A DNA stretch of 63,937 bases, counting the filler, from Octopus bimaculoides (Eukaryota): the NCBI RefSeq assembly GCF_001194135.2. It is 6 parts of 6 records of this genome, joined end to end, with 100 filler letters (N's around TTAATTAATTAA, not from the genome) between each part and the next. Parts side by side here need not be neighbours in the genome. Positions count along the whole stretch, not along the records: positions 49,655 to 58,905 come from NW_026310629.1; positions 59,006 to 63,937 come from NC_068987.1; 4 more parts are not named here. One strand, written 5' to 3'. Every line of letters begins with the position of its first letter. Position 1 is the stretch's first letter. Below the pieces are notes generated by a model that made no database searches, was not told the origin of the DNA, and saw nothing but the letters and a program-made list of their open reading frames with translations. The translations under genes and the position numbers were made by a program. Below, piece by piece: positions 51,050-63,114 of this stretch.

Positions 51050-53235
51050 AAGCTGGAAACAGTGAAAGCGAAATTAATGTTTATGATACTTTAAAATGAG
51101 AATAGACAAAGAATTGACAGACACAGATCTCAGGATGGACCACCGATTGTATCTCCCAAAAATTAAAATTGATAATAAAACAACATTAATAATAAATGCC
51201 ATGAACCTGGCAGCCACAGAACTAATAGCCACAGAAACAAATGTCAATATGACCAGGCTAAATGATATAATATATGCAGCAGCCCCTGTGACCACAACTG
51301 AAGCTGGATACCCCCTCAAAGACAACCAGACAGGGGTATCACCGCCCAAAATAACCCTGTGAATAAATAATATCCAGAAAAAAAGAGAAAATAAATGAAA
51401 GAATCTGCTAAGCAACAAAAAGAGAAGAAAAATACTACGTAAATACAAAATTACAGAACAAGGTATACCTGAGATAAAAAGAACAACTAAAGCAAGATAT
51501 CCTTGCCAAAGCACAAAGAATCCGTCGGTATTAGAAACGCCAACGTTTCTTTGAACAAAGCAAATAGTTCAACTCCAACTCCAAAAGATTCTACCAAGAA
51601 CTTGGCAAAAATAAAATAGAGATCAACGCAGCACCAACAGCAGAAGAAGTAGAGAATTTTGGAAAGAAATATGGTCGGCGAAGGAACAACCTCAGAAAAG
51701 GTTTATCAAAATAGCAAACACAGTACCTGAACAACTCTGGGCCCCTAAAACAACTGAAGAGGTCACCCAGGCACTGCAAAGACTAAGCAACTGGAAGGAA
51801 TCCGGGCACGACAAGATCCCCAACTTCCGGTTAAAATACCTGACAGGAACACATCAAATGTTGGCTGAGAAATTTAATGACATACTAGCAGACCCAGAGA
51901 CGATACCTGAATGGCTCACGGAAGGGAAAACTATCTCAATTCCGAAATCCACTGAAACGGCAAACCCATAAAGTTACAGACCAATAACCTGTCTCCCAAC
52001 AATTTACAAAGACTTTACTGCACGAATATCGCAGAGAACGAGCAAACATCTGGAAGGAAACCTGTTTTCAGAAGAGCAGAAGGGATGCTGCTAGGGCTCA
52101 TACGGCTGTAAAGATCAACTAAAGATCAACAAAGCCATAACTAAAGACAGACGCAGAAAGAAGAAAGGTCTAAGTATGGCCTGGATCGATTACCGAAAGA
52201 CATTTGATAGTATTCCGCTCACATGGATCCTAGAAACACTAGCCATGAACAAGGTAGCACCAATCATAAAATATACAAAACACTCCATGAATAAGTGGCA
52301 GACAGTGCTACAGCTCCAGACAAAAGAGGGGCTCATAAAACCAAAGCCATCCCCATTAGAAGAGAAATATTCTAGGGAGACACGCTCTCTTCACTCCTTT
52401 TCTGCTTTGCATTGACATCTTTATCTGACATACTAAACAGAACTAGATGTGGATACAAGTGTTACGGCAAAACAATCAGCCCCCTCTTATATATGGATGA
52501 TTTAAGACTATACTGCAAATGATAAACAGCTGGAAAGATTACTACAGACGGTACATGGGTTTACTAAAGAGATACATATGAAATTTAGTTTAGAAAAATG
52601 TGCTAAAGCAACTTTGAAAAGAAGAAAACTAGTTAAGAGTAACAACATCCCACTAGATAAAGCCAGTGAAATAAGAGAATTTGACCAAAGCCAGACATAC
52701 AAATATTTAGGAATAAATGAACGAGATACGATGCAACACAGGAATTAAAGAGAAGATAAGGAAGGAATACTAAAGACGAGTTAGATGAATACTGAAAACA
52801 GAGCTCAATGCGTAAAACAAGATAATCGGTATCAACACTTTAGCCGTCTCCGTCATAAGTTACAGCTACAATATTCTTAACTGGACTCTAAATGAACTAA
52901 TCAAAATAGACAGGAAAACAAGAAAAATAATGATACGATTAAGGATGCTGTACCCAAAATCTGACATACGTATTGAAGGTGATAGAGGCCTTATACGGCT
53001 AGGAAACTATTAAACTTCTATAAAATAACTACCGTAAGACTACAGAAATACCTACTTCAGTAGCATGGAAAACTAATACAAATAACCACAAAACACGAAC
53101 AAAGCAAAAGATTGTTTGCAGTCTTTAAGGAAGCTGACAAATACAAACAAAAAGTTATACTACCTAACAATTATGAAGAAAAAGAAGAAACAACAAAAGC
53201 TGTAAAACAACTGAAATCCAAACGATGTGAATCCC
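51050..53235 (+). mobile_element. R4/Dong-clade LINE, ~2.2 kb degenerate ORF fragment after (AAT)n
   Basis: LNDIIYAAA, KAQRIRRY, PEWLTEGKT..IPK, YRPITCLPTIYK, EEQKGC..GSYGCKDQL.INKAI, MAWIDYRKTFDSIP, LLYMDDL and ..GDRGLI. Many stops and frameshifts. Confidence 0.9.
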
Positions 53236-53668
53236 TGATGTGGTAGAAATCTATCTTTTCTACCACTCATAAATGAGAATACACACACACACACACACAC
53301 ACACATTCCGCCATGATCATCCAAGATATAAACCCAAGACTGAAACAGCTTATGTCTCTATGGCAACCTTTCAATGGATTTGCAACAATGAGACTTACAA
53401 GGCGTCCACGTAGATATATTCAAAGTAAAATTACACAGATTTTTCTACGATATACCCGATGGATCCGCACCACAGCAAGAACACCCCCACTCCTTCAAAA
53501 AAAAAAAAAGACCCTTCAAAGAAGGGCAGCTCTGTCCAAGTAACTACTTACTACACCAGGACCGGTGACGGTAACAGGATCGGGAAGTGAGTCGAAAATA
53601 AACAAGCAAAATGCCAGTGCTCCAGCATGATTCGATCTCCCAACTGAAACTGATAAAAGAATAATAGA

Positions 53669-53699
<31 letters not shown>

Positions 53700-54417
53700 T
53701 ACACACACACGTACACACACACACACGCACACACACATATACACACACACATACACACGACGTACGCGGCTCCTAGCTTCTGCATTACAATACACGCTAT
53801 TTGGTTGTCTCTATTTTGAGATCTTTATGAGGTTCATATTTCGACAAATTCTCAGTTACTTACAGAGAAGATATATTGTTTTTCTTTTTAATTGTTTCCT
53901 GTCAAAATTGATCGATTGATCGATTATAAAACATTTCGTTTGTTAAAGCAATTTTGGCAAAAATCATCAGCTCTATTCCTATGCATAAGATATAAACTAC
54001 ATATATAATGCGTACCTCCTTATATATATATATATATATATNNNNNNNNNNNNNNNNNNNNNNNNNNNNNNNNNNNNNNNNNNNNNNNNNNNNNNNNNNN
54101 NNNNNNNNNNNNNNNNNNNNNNNNNNNNNNNNNNNNNNNNNNNNNNNNNNNNNNNNNNNNNNNNNNNNNNNNNNNNNNNNNNNNNNNNNNNNNNNNNNNN
54201 NNNNNNNNNNNNNNNNNNNNNNNNNNNNNNNNNNNNNNNNNNNNNNNNNNNNNNAGAGAGAGAGAGAGAGAGAGAGAGAAAGAAAGAGCGTTACTCACAA
54301 ATATCCATGAATACACGCTTCGTCAGTAGACAGCCATGGTGGAACAAAACAGCTATGTTTGTTATTGCTTTGTTCCAGCACAACTGGTGTCTAATGAAGT
54401 GTTTAATAACGGCAAAC

Positions 54418-54449
<32 letters not shown>

Positions 54450-54587
54450 TGTATGTATGTATGTATGTATGTATGTATGTATGTATGTATGTATGTATGT
54501 ATGTATGTATTTTTATGTATGTATGTATATACACTACACACATGTATATATAGAGTTGAATAATATATGCAGATACGCATATGTATA

Positions 54588-54618
<31 letters not shown>

Positions 54619-54703
54619 ATATTCATATATATATATACGATATATATATGTGTGTGCATGTAAAATAAAGTTCAACTTTCTCTCTTTCTTTCTCTCTCTC
54701 TCT

Positions 54704-54737
<34 letters not shown>

Positions 54738-55006
54738 TTATATATATGTGCGTGTGTGTGTGTACATTTTTGTGCGTATGTGTGTGTGTATAGTTGCCCA
54801 GCTTGTGCGTATATATGCAGTTGGATAACTAAACACACACACACACACATGTACACATAATTTAATAACAATATAAATATATATATATATATCTAGACAG
54901 CTAGAGTAACGCTTACATATATATACACACAGATGCATATTTGCATATATTAATTCGTACATACATATTTATTCATACTTAGATACGCACACAAGTACAT
55001 ACACAC

Positions 55007-55056
<50 letters not shown>

Positions 55057-55860
55057 CCACATACACATGTATGTATATATGAGGTGGTGTATATGTGTGT
55101 GTATATATATATATAATAATACAAGATANNNNNNNNNNNNNNNNNNNNNNNNNNNNNNNNNNNNNNNNNNNNNNNNNNNNNNNNNNNNNNNNNNNNNNNN
55201 NNNNNNNNNNNNNNNNNNNNNNNNNNNNNNNNNNNNNNNNNNNNNNNNNNNNNNNNNNNNNNNNNNNNNNNNNNNNNNNNNNNNNNNNNNNNNNNNNNNN
55301 NNNNNNNNNNNNNNNNNNNNNNNNNNNNNNNNNNNNNNNNNNNNNNNNNNNNNNNNNNNNNNNNNNNNNNNNNNNNNNNNNNNNNNNNNNNNNNNNNNNN
55401 NNNNNNNNNNNNNNNNNNNNNNNNNNNNNNNNNNNNNNNNNNNNNNNNNNNNNNNNNNNNNNNNNNNNNNNNNNNNNNNNNNNNNNNNNNNNNNNNNNNN
55501 NNNNNNNNNNNNNNNNNNNNNNNNNNNNNNNNNNNNNNNNNNNNNNNNNNNNNNNNNNNNNNNNNNNNNNNNNNNNNNNNNNNNNNNNNNNNNNNNNNNN
55601 NNNNNNNNNNNNNNNNNNNNNNNNNNNNNNNNNNNNNNNNNNNNNNNNNNNNNNNNNNNNNNNNNNNNNNNNNNNNNNNNNNNNNNNNNNNNNNNNNNNN
55701 NNNNNNNNNNNNNNNNNNNNNNNNNNNNNNNNNNNNNNNNNNNNNNNNNNNNNNNNNNNNNNNNNNNNNNNNNNNNNNNNNNNNNNNNNNNNNNNNNNNN
55801 NNNNNNNNNNNACACACACACACACACACACACATACATACATATATATATATTCATATA

Positions 55861-55972
55861 TACGACGGGCTTCTTTCAGTTTCCGTCTACCAAATCCACT
55901 CACAAGGCTTTGGTCGGCCCGAGGCTATAATAGAAGATACTTGCCCAAGGTGCCACGCAGTGGGACTGAACC
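55861..55972 (-). mobile_element. SINE family A head, truncated
   Basis: TACGACGGGCTTCTTTCAGTTTCCG..GGGACTGAACC. Confidence 0.8.
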
Positions 55973-57020
55973 GGGTTCTCAACCATCTTTTTTTCTTTTT
56001 TTTTTATCTATGGACACCTTTAATTATTATCTTTTTTTCTGGCGGATCCCCATAGCTATTCAATGTTTAAAAACTAATTTCATAGAATCTTCTTTCATAA
56101 TCCTTATTTTGAGCAACGTAAATTATTAGAGAAAGAAACTTAGCTGCTTCTTGCAATTCATATCAATAAGAACATCTAAAGCAGGGCTTCTCAACCATTT
56201 AAAAAAAATCTATGGATCCCCTTTGTTTATTATTTTATTCTGGTGGACACCCCATTACTATTCAATGTTTAAAATCTAGTTCCATAGAATCTTCTTTCAA
56301 AATTCCTATTTTGTTTTTCAAAGATTAACTTGCGTAGGGTGATCAACGTAAAATGCTTGAGAAAGAAACCCAGCTGTTTCTTGCAATACACACCAATAAA
56401 CACATCTTAAGCAAATAATTATCACAGACCCTTAAAAATCACTCCCACGGATCCCCAATTTACTCTTTTGTTTGTGTGGACCCTTTTCGATTACTATTTT
56501 ATTCTGGTGAATCCCAATAATCATTCGGTGTTTTAAAACATGTATAGGTTGATCTATGTGGAGGCGCAATGGCCCAGTGGTTAGGGCAGCGGATTCGCGG
56601 TCATAGGATCGCGGTTTCGATTCCCAGACCGGGCGTTGTGAGCGTTTATTGAGCGAAAACACCTAAAGCTCCACGAGGCTCCACCAGGGGATGGTGGCGA
56701 ACCCTGCTGTACTCTTTCATCACAACTTTCTCTCACTCTTACTTCCTCTTTCTGTTGTGCCTGTAATTCAGAGGGTCAGCCTTGTCACACTCTGTGTCAC
56801 ACTGAATATCCTCGAGAACTACGTTAAGGGTACACGTGTCTGTGGAGTGCTCAGCCACTTGCACGTTAATTTCACGAGCAGGCTGTTCCGCTGATCGGAT
56901 CAACTGGAACCCTCGACGTCGTAAGCGACGGAGTGCCAACAACAATGTAAAATGCTAGAGAAAAAAAAAACCTCACCGTGTCTTGCAATACATGCCAATA
57001 CTTTTTTCAAGCGCCCTTAA
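55973..57020 (+). repeat. Three diverged ~200-250 bp tandem units with an hAT-like start; the third is interrupted by a SINE
   Basis: Shared blocks GGG(C)TTCTCAACC, TATTCAATGTTTAAAA, CATAGAATCTTCTTTCA, GTAAAAT..GAGAAAGAAAC and TCTTGCAAT recur at ~55973, ~56182 and ~56430/56945. Confidence 0.65.
56560..56944 (+). mobile_element. Full-length tRNA-derived SINE family C (~385 bp); 3' end fragment also at 58303-58347
   Basis: A box TGGCCCAGTGG, B box GGTTTCGATTCC, Arg-like tRNA arm, (AAC)n end and ATGT on both sides. It may correspond to a described octopus OR-type SINE (from memory, unverified). Confidence 0.85.
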
Positions 57021-57074
57021 AATACTATACTGGATTCTCCAATTTGTATATATATATATAAATTAATTGCGGTA

Positions 57075-57290
57075 TCGAGCTGGCCGAATCGTTAGCATGG
57101 TGGGCGAAATGCTTAGCGGCATTTCGTCCGTCTTCACGTTCTGAGTTCAAATTCGGACGAGGTCGATTTTGCATTTTATCCTTTCGCGGTCGATAAGAAA
57201 AGTACCAGTTACGCACTGGGGTTGATGCGATCGAATTATCATCCCCCCATCCCGCAAAATTTCAGGCCTTGTGCTTTTGGTAGGAACGAT
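57075..57290 (+). mobile_element. SINE family B
   Basis: CGAGCTGGCCGAATCGTTAGCATG..GAGTTCAAATTCGGACGAGGTCG..GGCCTTGTGC. Confidence 0.8.
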
Positions 57291-57521
57291 TATATTTTTT
57301 AATGGTGTGAAACTGATTGACATCGTAGAGTGATTAATTAGATGATGCGGACTGATGTTGATTTCTTCGTTCGATTAAATTTAGTACCAGTGTCGTACTG
57401 GCGTCCCACTTAATAGAAAATATACTGCTGTAGCACTCGTAGTTTTGTTACAGGGCGCTAAAGAAGGAAAAAGAAGTAGTAGAAATAGAGGAGGAAAAAG
57501 AAGAACAACAACCGCAATAGT

Positions 57522-57910
57522 TATAGCCACTAATACTAACTCCTATGCTATACATTAGATAATGTAGTCCTAGATACACTATGCCTGAATAAAAGATGGG
57601 ATGGTCACAGTTGGAACATCTTTGGTCATAGGTCTGTCTGGATCAGGACTGACCTGGGGCTAAAACTATAGCTATTAATACTAACTCCTATACTATACAT
57701 TAGATATTGTAGTCCTAGATACACTATGCCTGAATAAAAGATGGGATGTTCACGGCTGGAACGTCTTTGATCATTGGTCTGACTGGATCAGGTCTGACCT
57801 GGGGTTAAACAACAACTATAGCTATTAATACTAACAACTATACTATACATTAGATATTGTAGTCCTAGATATACTATGCCTGAATAAAAGACGGTATGGT
57901 CATGGCCAGG
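57522..57910 (+). repeat. ~145-150 bp tandem repeat, about 2.7 copies
   Basis: TATAGC..TAATACTAAC..TATACATTAGATA.TGTAGTCCTAGATACACTATGCCTGAATAAAAGA at ~57522, ~57667 and ~57817. Confidence 0.9.
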
Positions 57911-58434
57911 GCATTTCAAGTAAACAAGCAATGTCACGATGACACTAATCTGCAGTGGATTTCGTTAATCTCCCGAACTCAAGGACAAAATCTGCGGAAT
58001 TTGTACGGCTTTTTGGATCTGATCTCCTTACATTATCAATAAGATTTCTTAAGTTAGTTCATACACAAACACAGAGACATGCATAGATACACACACACGC
58101 ACATACATACACATAAAGGCAGACGCGCGCATACATGCATACGCACACACATCAGCGCGTGTTTGTGTGCTCATACGACTGTATCCCTCTATATAAGACC
58201 AAATACAGTTATATACACATATATGCATATATATATATACGAATATACATATATATGCAATAGAAATGCTAGTGTGTGTGTGTGTGTGTGTGNNNNNNNN
58301 NNTCAACTGGAACCCTCGTCGTCGTAAGCGACGGAGTGCCAACAACGACAATATATATATATATATATATGGAGGTTTATGTTTGTATATATGTATATAG
58401 GTATATGTTTATACACACACATGTATATATATTT

Positions 58435-58830
58435 GTGGCTGTGTGGTAAGTAGCTTGCTTTCCAACCACACGGTTCCGGGTTCAGTCCCACTACGTTGGG
58501 CAAGTGTGTTCTACTATAGCCTCGGGTCGACCAAAGCCTTGCGAATGGATTTGGTTGATGGAAACTGAAAGAAGCCCGTCATGTATATATATAGGTGTGT
58601 GTCTGTGTGTGTGTGTGTATGTGTTTGTGTGTATGTGTGTGTGTGTTTATGTGTTTGTGTTTCTTCCCCCACCATCACTTGACAACCGATGCTGGTGTGT
58701 TTACGTCCTCGTAACTTAGCGGTTCGGCTAAAGAGACCGATGGAGTAAGTACGAGGCTTACAAAGAAGAAGTCGTTGTGTCAATTTGCTCGACTAAAAGT
58801 GGTGCTCCAGCATGGCTGCAAGTAAAAGAA
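58435..58830 (+). mobile_element. Full bipartite SINE family A
   Basis: Head, (TA)/(TG) tract and tail ending GTGCTCCAGCATGGCTGCAAGTAAAAGAAT. Confidence 0.85.
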
Positions 58831-59022
58831 TACGTTCATACAAATATACATACAGACACACATGTAAAAATATCTAAAACCGTATATATATATATATATA
58901 TATATNNNNNNNNNNNNNNNNNNNNNNNNNNNNNNNNNNNNNNNNNNNNTTAATTAATTAANNNNNNNNNNNNNNNNNNNNNNNNNNNNNNNNNNNNNNN
59001 NNNNNGTATATATATATGTGTG

Positions 59023-59053
<31 letters not shown>

Positions 59054-59096
59054 AAGTCTATGTATATGGAAGTATATTTTGTATTTGTTTCCTTAG

Positions 59097-59478
59097 CAGT
59101 TATTCTAAGACTAGAAACTCTGTTTATCAATGTAAAATTACTTCCAGTTCTGATGTCTTCTTTTACATAGGTAGTTCATCGTCTCAGTTGTCAAACAGAA
59201 TATCTAACCATGACTGTACATTTAGACATATCAATAAATGCAACAATACTGGGCTTAGTAAATTAATTTGGTCTCTAAAGGAACGTAATAAACAATTTGA
59301 TTTTGAATGGAATATTCTATCTAGATCCTTCCCATATGATAAAGGTAAATCTTTTTGTCTGCTCTGTAATGAAGAACAATTTCTCATTTTCTCAGAGAAC
59401 GCTCTTGTAAACATGTTTAAAGAATGTGTTTATTGTTGCAAACATTGGCGAAAACATACCTTTAGTTCTTATAAGTAA
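59097..59478 (+). mobile_element. GIY-YIG endonuclease ORF of a second PLE lineage (uninterrupted)
   Basis: NSVYQCKI..FFYIGSSSSQLSNRISNHDCTFRH..NTGLSKLIWSLKE..EWNIL..PY..CLLCNEE..LVN..E..CCKH: GIY-YIG motifs with a C-terminal CxxC/CxH, as in PLE endonucleases. Confidence 0.8.
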
Positions 59479-59780
59479 TTTCTACCAATCTATGAAATTT
59501 GACCTTTACCTGTCTTCTTACATTTCATTTCGACTACATATGTCTATTTCCATGTTTTTAAGCTTTATTCCCATTCATCTATCACACTATATTTCTCCAC
59601 TCTTAATTTTCTGTTAATTTTTTTCTTTCTCCTACTTCTCTTTCTCTAAATTACCTTTGACGTTAAATCTATTAATGGTTTTTTAAAAAATAACTTGCTA
59701 GCATTCCCCTTCATCATGTACGCGGTAATCACATTCAGTTAAAATGGCTTATTGATGTGTTTTGTTTCTTTTCTTTTTAC

Positions 59781-59862
59781 CTGACAAGATGATTGCATTG
59801 CTTGACATCATTTTATTCCCTCCGGAATAATATCAATGTTTACTTCGAAACATATGTCAGAC
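59781..59862 (+). ncRNA. Degenerate hammerhead-like motif downstream of the PLE ORF
   Basis: CTGACAA (CUGANGA with G8>A), long hairpin with TATTCC/GGAATA, GAA-ACATATGT (palindromic stem III)-C. Confidence 0.35.
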
Positions 59863-60013
59863 GTATAAAGATTTGAATAACACTTGCGTTTGACTCCATT
59901 TCTTAATTTATTTATATTTATTTTCATATATATGTAAATATATATATGTATATAGGTATTAACACTGCTACTCTATGTACACATGCTTTTGTTTTCTTTT
60001 ATTTTTACTTCAG

Positions 60014-60076
60014 ATACACTATGATAATGCAGCAATTATATGCAGTGTTCAGGTGCAATATAACCTGTCAGAAAAG
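60014..60076 (+). CDS. Candidate internal exon of an unidentified host gene (IHYDNAAIICSVQVQYNLSEK, phase 0-0)
   Basis: Strong acceptor GTTTTCTTTTATTTTTACTTCAG, donor AAG|GTTAGA; 63 nt; non-repetitive. Confidence 0.45.
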
Positions 60077-60576
60077 GTTAGAAGAGAGGACAGAAAGCTG
60101 CAATAAATTAATGAAAGTCAGCTATGAAAATTTAAATATCATGCATAGTACCCTATATAAAATACAAAAAGACAGAAAAGCAAACAGTGACAATGCTATA
60201 AAGATGAAAGGGTGTATAGGTTCATCAGGAAGCAGTGTTGGATAATTTTGGAAATCATGGAATTTCTTTCTTTTTTTAATTTTTTTTATTGCTGTGTCCT
60301 GACAACTAACTACCAACATGAGAAGTTTATTCCTTGCTCTCTGAAATTCTGAGTGAGAAATAATATTTCTGAAATTCATGGGTGCTGTACTATGTCTTTA
60401 AGTAATAGCAGTATTGAATACAAAATGGTGGCCAAAATCGTTGATAAGTGGTTAAGAATTGAATGCCTTGATCTGAAGATATGGTAATCTATGTGAAAAA
60501 TTATTTATGTATTGATTGTTTATCTGTTCATATTCTTGACTTAGATTTATGTTTCTGTATTGTTTATATCTTTCAG

Positions 60577-60699
60577 GTTCATATAGATTCCAAAGCAGAC
60601 TTTGATATACCCTCTCTGTTTCCTGGTCACTCACATTTTAAATGGCCTTCACAAAACCAAATGGATTCTATGAATCGCAGCAGAAATACTTTCATAATG
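60577..60699 (+). CDS. Candidate internal exon (VHIDSKADFDIPSLFPGHSHFKWPSQNQMDSMNRSRNTFIM, phase 0-0)
   Basis: Strong acceptor TGTTTATATCTTTCAG, donor ATG|GTTTGT; 123 nt; phase-compatible with 60014-60076 across a 500-nt intron. Confidence 0.55.
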
Positions 60700-60764
60700 G
60701 TTTGTATCACTTTTGACTATTTAATTTATGATGTGTATGTGTCTCTTCTATTTTTTAATTATTA

Positions 60765-63015
60765 TAAAACTTCCACTGAGGAGGTTTCCAACAAAGATAC
60801 AAAACTCCATCTTTGAGATGTAGTTAATACAGACAAATTCACATTCAGAACTTGAGGAAAGTCTTGCATATTTTTACTGTTCCACTTGCAGATTGCACTT
60901 GTAATGTACGAATTAGCCGGTTGATTTCTCTTTCTGAAAATCCCATTTTATCCAGATTCTCCTTTAAGCATTTACTAACAAAACCTAGCACTCCAATTAT
61001 TATTGGTATGGTTATGAATTCATAGTCTAGATATAGAAGCTGGAGGTTTTGAAGCAGTTGTCCATAGAGATCCTCTTTTTCTTTGATTTTCAAAGAGATA
61101 TTTATATCTGCATGGCAGCTGACCTCTATGATGGTATATACCTTTGTCCCTCTGTCCCAAACAACAATATGTTATGTTTACATTTGAAAGAAGTTTTGAT
61201 GGAAATATTCCACCAGTATTCTTTGAGTTGGTGTTTATGAATGTATTCCAAAATACAGGGATTTTCTAAGTTTATTTCAGGACAGTCTTTTTTGCAGATG
61301 GCATTGTAAATTGTTTTAGCAACATCATGCCGCATAGGGAGGTAGTACTATGACGATGTTTTAGGACAGCTGCTAATCACAATGATGTCTTCCGCAGAAA
61401 CATGACATAGCCTACACATGCGGTTGCACCTTGGGATTACAAGAGCATCACTGTCTCTATTTTTCACCAGGTACTCTGTAGCAATCTCCTGTTCCTGGAT
61501 TGCAAACTCATAGCCCTCAAAGTGTGGTATAGTGGTCTTGTGTCTAAGAGAGGCTGCACTTTATGTCAGTTCTACTGACTTCTTCAAGATTCTGGGCAAC
61601 ATACCCATGCATAATCTTTTTTTTTTGTATGCTGAGTGCTTTCCATCCATGTCTTCTCTGAGGTAAGAGAGCCCAGCTATTTTGGGGCTGTATAGGAGAT
61701 CATCAGAAAGTGAGTGCTTCTTGAGGAGTGCACTGCCAACTTCTACAATATTACTCACTTCACTTTTCAGCACTGCATTTATATATTTATTTTTGCTGCT
61801 TTGTGTGGAATGGGAGAGATAAAGAGACCATTGATGTACAGGTTTGGGGTTTGGGGGATTGACTTTCCTCATTCTATAACCAAATATGAACATTTCTTTT
61901 GGCCAAATTCCATGCCTATATCGGCTGAAAATGTTATTAATTGCAGTTGTTTTTTTTAGCATTGTTAACATTTTTAGCATAAATCTTCAGGTCATCTACA
62001 AAGAAATTATGAGTTACATTGATATCTCTAGCAGTTGAAGATCCTAGCATGTAACCATTTTCTGCAGTAGCAATGATAATGAATTCAGTGCCAAAATGAA
62101 AAGAAGTACAGAAATACTATCTCTCTGGAATGTTCCCTTTGAAATGCCTATATTATCAGAAACAATTATTCTGTTCTCAGTTGTAAGGGTAAGAACTGTT
62201 GTCCATGTCTTTGTGAGTCTCTCTATAGCAGCAATTAAGGTAGTAGGTACTTTTGCCAGATGTAGGCACTTCAACAGCCATGAATGAGGGATAATCAAAT
62301 GCCCTCTTATAGTCAAGCCATACTGCCACAAGGTTTCTACATTGTTTTCTTACTTCAGACAGTACAGCTTTGTTTGTTAAAAGTTGTTTGACTCATCCCC
62401 ACACTCTCTTCTTTCCACCAGCCTGTTTGTCAGTCACAATGTTGTTCAACTCATAATGGTCCTGGAGGAATTGGTTGAGGCAACTTGTGTACAGTTTGTA
62501 CATAATGTTGAGGCAAGCAATGGGCCTTTAATTTCCTGTCATTTCGGTGATTTCATTTTTGGCAACAAGATTTGTTCTTGCTGTAGCAAGCTAATTTGGT
62601 ATTTCATAGTCCTTTTGAACATACATGTCAATTGGTTTCTATAAAATGTCAGCTTCTTGTACCAATATCCAACCATTAGATCCCTTCCAGGTGCATTCCC
62701 ATTCTGCAGTTTACCTACTGCTTTAGTGAAGGTTTCTGCATCAATTTTGTATGTTTTACTGTTAGTGTTGGTACAGTATTCTCTCTCAACTGTATTTAAG
62801 CATGATGCATTCAGGTTGAAATCCCTCTTAACGTTCCAAATTTTTGACCAGAATGATTGTAGATCTTCTTGGGAGGGAGCTTTCTTTTCTGCAGTACGAA
62901 TGATAATGGATTCAGTACCAAAATGAAAAGAAGTACAGAAAAACTATCTCCCTGTAATATTCCTTTAGAAATGTCTATAATATCAGAAACAATTATTCTA
63001 TTCTCAGTAATAAGG
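60765..63015 (-). mobile_element. R4/Dong-clade LINE (second subfamily), degenerate, from RT through CCHC and RLE to the 3' end
   Basis: NAPGRDLMVGYWYK, IPHSWLLKCL, ISKGILQGDSFSVLLFIL.LNPLS, CRMC..(H)..SC knuckle, RHD.VAK.IY, YWWN.SIKT and IPIIIGVLG..ASGTVKICKTFLKF*; short (TAA) tail near 60765. Confidence 0.85.
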
Positions 63016-63114
63016 GTATGTTGCATGCATGCATGTATGTATGTATATATGTATCATTGTTCTCAGTTGGAAGGGTATGTTGCATGTATGTTTGTGTGTG
63101 TGAGTGTTTGTGCA

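Noticed and set aside
57522-57910. CRISPR-like regular repeats
   Set aside because: Contiguous ~147-bp units without unique spacers, eukaryotic context, no cas genes.
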